Below, piece by piece: positions 60,406 to 64,000 of a DNA stretch of 64,000 nucleotides. Numbering within the stretch: position 1 is the stretch's first letter; every line of letters starts with the position of its first letter. The translations under genes were made by a program, and so were the position numbers. The stretch is from Myxococcota bacterium (lineage in GTDB: Bacteria; Myxococcota_A; SURF-8), in the NCBI GenBank assembly GCA_965140415.1, contig OZ223209.1, positions 288,001 to 352,000 on the forward strand, in the 5' to 3' direction. The notes under the pieces are model-generated. The model was given only the letters and a program-made list of their open reading frames with translations, was not told the DNA's origin and ran no database searches.

Positions 60406-60676
60406 CCAAATAATACGATTATTATTAAATAATAGTATGAAATAAATATGTGTTGTTATTACATCGGAATATCAGAATTTGACAACATGTCAGTATTCCT
60501 TGGTGTTTTCATATAGCTATCTGAATGTAGCCGGAATATAGGTATCTGATATTCGGGATACCCTTTTGTTGTCTCTATCGTATCGTAAAACCCACCGTAT
60601 CGCTAGGTGAAGCACGGGTGCTGGTTAGGCCGATCCAACGAAGCGCATCACAAATAGTACGATTGCTTTTGAAAGC

Positions 60677-60763
60677 GGGTGCCAGGGGCAAAGCGAAGAG
60701 AAACGAAGCTTGCCCATGTGGCTTTCGAACACGGGCAAGCCTGCGGCTTGGCCCGCGCTACCC
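60677..60763. repeat. REPIN-like inverted REP doublet, family 1, copy D
   Basis: AAGCGAAGAGAAACGAAGCTTGCCCATGTGGCTTTCGAACACGGGCAAGCCTGCGGCTTGGCCCGCGCTACCC. Confidence 0.85.
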
Positions 60764-60884
60764 AAAGTTAAGAAGCGGTTGAAAGATTTTGTACTGCACC
60801 CCAGACCGCAGGTTGTGCTTGCGTTGATGACACACTGTGTTAAAATCGGCATTGGATTGAATTGAAACAGGATGCGAGGCGGGT

Positions 60885-62789
60885 ATGACAAAGCTCCAGT
60901 TTACCGAGCAACAGCGGGATATTCTTTACCATTTGGGACAATGCATCATCATTCCCGGTAGGGTCTTTCCACCCTTCTCCCGCGATGTCGTCACACGCAT
61001 CGAGTCTTATTTACAACAGACCCCGCCACATGTGCTGCGTATGTATGCCAACTTCCTGATGCTGCTCGAACGAGGCGCATGGACGCGCTATTTCAAACCG
61101 ATGAGCCGCCTGAATTCCAAACAGCGACACGACTATGTCACTTCCTGGCAGCAGGGATCGGTTGCCAAGCGTACGATAATGAAAGCACTTGTAGCGCCCA
61201 TCAAAGTCAACTACTACGACGATCCCGGCCTGTTCGAACAACTGGGCTTGCAATACGGAAAGCCGCCGGTGAAGGTGGAAACCGATCGCTGGCAGGAACG
61301 GATTACGGCTGGCAAGGATATCCACGAAGATCTGCAACTTGAATGCGAAGTCGTGGTTGTAGGCAGTGGTGCCGGGGGTGCGGTTGTTGCCGCCGAACTG
61401 GCGGAAAAAGGCGACGCCGTGATTCTCGTCGAGCGCGGCGATTACTTCGACCGCTCGCATTTCAGTGGCCGCCCCTTCGCCATGATGCGCGACTTGTACG
61501 TGCAGCAGGGACTATTGGGAACGGTGGGAAACGCCTACATTCTGGCTCCGGCGGGCAGAACCGTAGGCGGCACCACAACCGTCAACTCGGGTACCTGCCT
61601 GCGTCCTCCGCGTCGCACCTTGCGCCGCTGGCGCGAAGAATACGGCTTGACGGAATACGCTCCCGATAAACTGGAAGCATATTTTCGCTCGGTGGAATCG
61701 ATTTACCAGGTCGCGCCCGCCAAAGCCGAGCAGATCGGCAAAAACGGCGAGATCATCGCTCGCGGCGCGCAACGGCTCGGTTATCGCCACGGACCGCTTC
61801 CGCGCAACGCCCCCGACTGCGACGGCCAGGGCGTTTGCCCATTCGGTTGTCCGACCGACGCCAAACGCTCCACCAACGTCAGTTACGTGCCGCGCGCCTT
61901 AAAGCAGGGCGCATCGCTGCTAACGGGCGTGGAAGTCAATGAAATTATAATCAAAAACGGCCAACCCACCGGCATTCGCGGCTTCTGTTGTTCCTCCGGA
62001 AGGCAGGTGACGATTAACGCCAAGATCGTCGTACTGGCGCTGGGTGCCTATTTCACTCCGCTGTTATTGATGAAACAGAAGCTGGGGAATAGTTCGGGGC
62101 AACTCGGGCGCAACCTGTCGATTCATCCCAGCACCGGTGTCGGGGCGCTGATGGCCGAACGCCTCAACGCCAGCAACTGTATCCCCCAGGGATACATGGT
62201 GGATGAATTCGAAGAAGAAGGCATCATGTTCGAAGGCAGCCACATGCCCATGGATCTGGCCAGCCTGATCTACCCCGGCTTCGGTTCTCCGTTGCAACAG
62301 ACTATGGAGGCCTACGAGCGGCTCTCCCTGTTCGGCCTGATGATCGAAGACAGCACCCGTGGCGTGATCCGTCCCCGAAAAGACGGATTGCCCTTGATCC
62401 GCTACATGATGAATCGAAACGACGTCGCGCTGATGCAGCGCGGAATCGGCATCCTGTGCCGCATCTATCTGGAAGCCGGAGCCTTGCAGGTCGTTGCACC
62501 GGTGCACGGCTGGAAAACGATTCGCTCCGCCTCCGATCTGGAAGCCAATTTAAGCCGAAAGCTGCATGCCTGGGATCTGGATATGAGCGCCTATCATCCC
62601 CTGGGTAGCTGCCACATGGGAGGGGATCGCACCAACTATGTTTGCAGTCCCGATGGCGAACTGTACGACATGCCCAATGTTTTCGTTTGCGATGGCTCGG
62701 CCATCCCACCCGCCTTGGGAGTCAACCCGATGATCACCATTTCGGCAGTCGCCGCCCGAAACGCCGAGGTCATTCATTCTCGGTTGTAG
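60885..62789 (+). CDS. GMC-family FAD oxidoreductase
   Basis: GSGAGG, VGGTTTVN, C....CPFGCP, HPLGSC and GVNPMITI. Confidence 0.92.
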   Translation: MTKLQFTEQQRDILYHLGQCIIIPGRVFPPFSRDVVTRIESYLQQTPPHVLRMYANFLMLLERGAWTRYFKPMSRLNSKQRHDYVTSWQQGSVAKRTIMKALVAPIKVNYYDDPGLFEQLGLQYGKPPVKVETDRWQERITAGKDIHEDLQLECEVVVVGSGAGGAVVAAELAEKGDAVILVERGDYFDRSHFSGRPFAMMRDLYVQQGLLGTVGNAYILAPAGRTVGGTTTVNSGTCLRPPRRTLRRWREEYGLTEYAPDKLEAYFRSVESIYQVAPAKAEQIGKNGEIIARGAQRLGYRHGPLPRNAPDCDGQGVCPFGCPTDAKRSTNVSYVPRALKQGASLLTGVEVNEIIIKNGQPTGIRGFCCSSGRQVTINAKIVVLALGAYFTPLLLMKQKLGNSSGQLGRNLSIHPSTGVGALMAERLNASNCIPQGYMVDEFEEEGIMFEGSHMPMDLASLIYPGFGSPLQQTMEAYERLSLFGLMIEDSTRGVIRPRKDGLPLIRYMMNRNDVALMQRGIGILCRIYLEAGALQVVAPVHGWKTIRSASDLEANLSRKLHAWDLDMSAYHPLGSCHMGGDRTNYVCSPDGELYDMPNVFVCDGSAIPPALGVNPMITISAVAARNAEVIHSRL

Positions 62790-62824
62790 GGGGTGGAGAG
62801 AGCAAAAGGAAAATGTTCCCCGTT

Positions 62825-62951
62825 GGAGCATGGCTCCCGTCATGCTCCTGACGTTTGTTTTCATGGTCGGGACAGGAGCCCCGACCGGAAACCTGTGGTT
62901 CAAGACAGGAGCCTTGAACCATCCACAAAGCATGGCAAATGCCCATCCTAC
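62825..62951. repeat. Cluster of three hairpins sharing an AC(A/G)GGAGC loop, plus a degenerate GTAG REP
   Basis: GGAGCATG-gctcccgt-CATGCTCC; GGTCGGG-acaggagc-CCCGACC; GGTTCAAG-acaggagc-CTTGAACC; minus strand GTAGGATGGGCA at 62951. Confidence 0.7.
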
Positions 62952-62988
62952 AAGATATAAGCAGCGAGACATCAACCCGCCGTACTGC

Positions 62989-64000
62989 TTACTGGCAGTA
63001 ACTCTTTTCCGGATAGGCCGCGCAGCAATGCGCCTGCACGTCGAAAGCGGTCACGTCTTCCCATAAGCCCAGGTTGTAGAAGTAGTCGCACAGATGCTCG
63101 GAACGGCAATAGGGCACAAAGCTTTCATCCGTCTCGGCACGGGTGTGCATCGGGGGTGGTGTGAAACCCGGTTCTCCATCCAGTTCGATGAAAATCGGAT
63201 TGCTTACGGCGAACGATGGCGTCCAGGGATAGGTCGGATACAGATCCTCCATGGCGTCGCCAAAAGCGAAGACCACCGCGTAGGCGTCGTGGCCGTTGGT
63301 GCGGCTGACGTTGGTAGCAAAGCTGCGATTCATGCGCACCGGAGCGGAAACGCTGCCGGGAACCATGTGGTTACTGTCCATCGGGTAGCCGTTGATGCAG
63401 ACATAGATGTGATTGACTTTGACGTAAGGCGGCGCCTGTACCTTGACGTTGAACTCCAGGCGCACCGAATTTTCCGTACCCGGCGGCGTGTAGGTGTCGC
63501 CCGGCAAGGCATTGCCTAAACGCATGGTGACGGTGGGACCGGTGGTCACGATGTTATGTCCCTGCCCCAGACGCAGAATCTGATCGAGGGCTGAATTGGG
63601 CGAAAGCGTTTCCTGATCCGAAATCACCAAGTTGATCGGTGAGCCGATGTGCCGGAAGTCTTCTTTGGAAGCGGCTTGCAGCTCGCTATTGGCAGTGATC
63701 GGTTTGTAGTAGCCCTGATGCAATAAAGAGAGCCAATCCTGAATGGCCGCATACGTATAAGCAAAGGGCTCCTCGCCGTTGATCACCTCCATGGTGTCCC
63801 AGTTTTCCATTTGGCTGCGCACCAGAAACTGCAAGGAATCGATGCCCTCGAAAGGATCGTAACCTTCCGATTTTCCAAACACATCGAAAAAGGCTGGAGC
63901 GTCTTCCACGCCGCGCGGACGGCTGATCTGTACGAAGCTTGCGCCGTAGTTTTCTTTCAACTGCTGCCAGATTTCTCCCGGCGGCTGCAAGCCGGCATAC
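62989..64000 (-). CDS. CehA/McbA-like (PHP-fold) metallohydrolase homolog, C-terminal part; 5' end outside the window
   Basis: MEVING, DWLSLL, TANS, TTGP, VQAPPYV and AVSNPIFI. Metal ligands look degenerate. Confidence 0.6.
   Translation of the reverse strand, partial: YAGLQPPGEIWQQLKENYGASFVQISRPRGVEDAPAFFDVFGKSEGYDPFEGIDSLQFLVRSQMENWDTMEVINGEEPFAYTYAAIQDWLSLLHQGYYKPITANSELQAASKEDFRHIGSPINLVISDQETLSPNSALDQILRLGQGHNIVTTGPTVTMRLGNALPGDTYTPPGTENSVRLEFNVKVQAPPYVKVNHIYVCINGYPMDSNHMVPGSVSAPVRMNRSFATNVSRTNGHDAYAVVFAFGDAMEDLYPTYPWTPSFAVSNPIFIELDGEPGFTPPPMHTRAETDESFVPYCRSEHLCDYFYNLGLWEDVTAFDVQAHCCAAYPEKSYCQ

Noticed and set aside
60480-60492. TGACA-N3-TGTCA palindrome upstream of rrf2
   Set aside because: Spacing differs from the WYL site and a single short palindrome cannot be assigned to a regulator.

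Overview
A bacterial chromosomal window of moderate GC. Gene content and protein style (sigma54 enhancer-binding proteins, Cys-rich IgGFc-binding lipoprotein, DivIVA-YggT-YggS, dapA-dapB-dapL-folK-fsa) suggest a deltaproteobacterial or Myxococcota-like lineage; this is inference, not a database result. No rRNA, tRNA, CRISPR array, integrase, transposase or prophage was seen. Layout: 1-20 kb envelope and lipoprotein block (two GT-C-type membrane glycosyltransferases, an acyltransferase, a beta-barrel, five lipoproteins sharing an acidic DGD motif, an OmpR-family two-component pair); panC, deoxynucleoside kinase and a POT-like MFS; an ECF sigma factor divergent from a TolC-MFP-RND-PII-like-DUF2892 operon; a degenerate hybrid kinase and an NtrC-family regulator; the maf-yggS-yggT-divIVA-yggU operon divergent from a WYL regulator; the dap/folK/fsa/slyD/larC block; an uncharacterised five-gene operon (DUF5989-like, B12 radical SAM, 57-aa membrane protein, PP-loop ATPase, SGNH-TPR); a sigma54 two-component module; rrf2-cysK; a GMC oxidoreductase. 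Best leads: (i) the five-gene B12-radical SAM operon; (ii) a DriD-like palindrome between the WYL gene and the maf-divIVA operon; (iii) a dense set of intergenic REP/REPIN-like elements, including two multi-copy inverted-doublet families, with no RAYT gene in the window; (iv) three apparent pseudo-enzymes. All family calls were made by eye from motifs.
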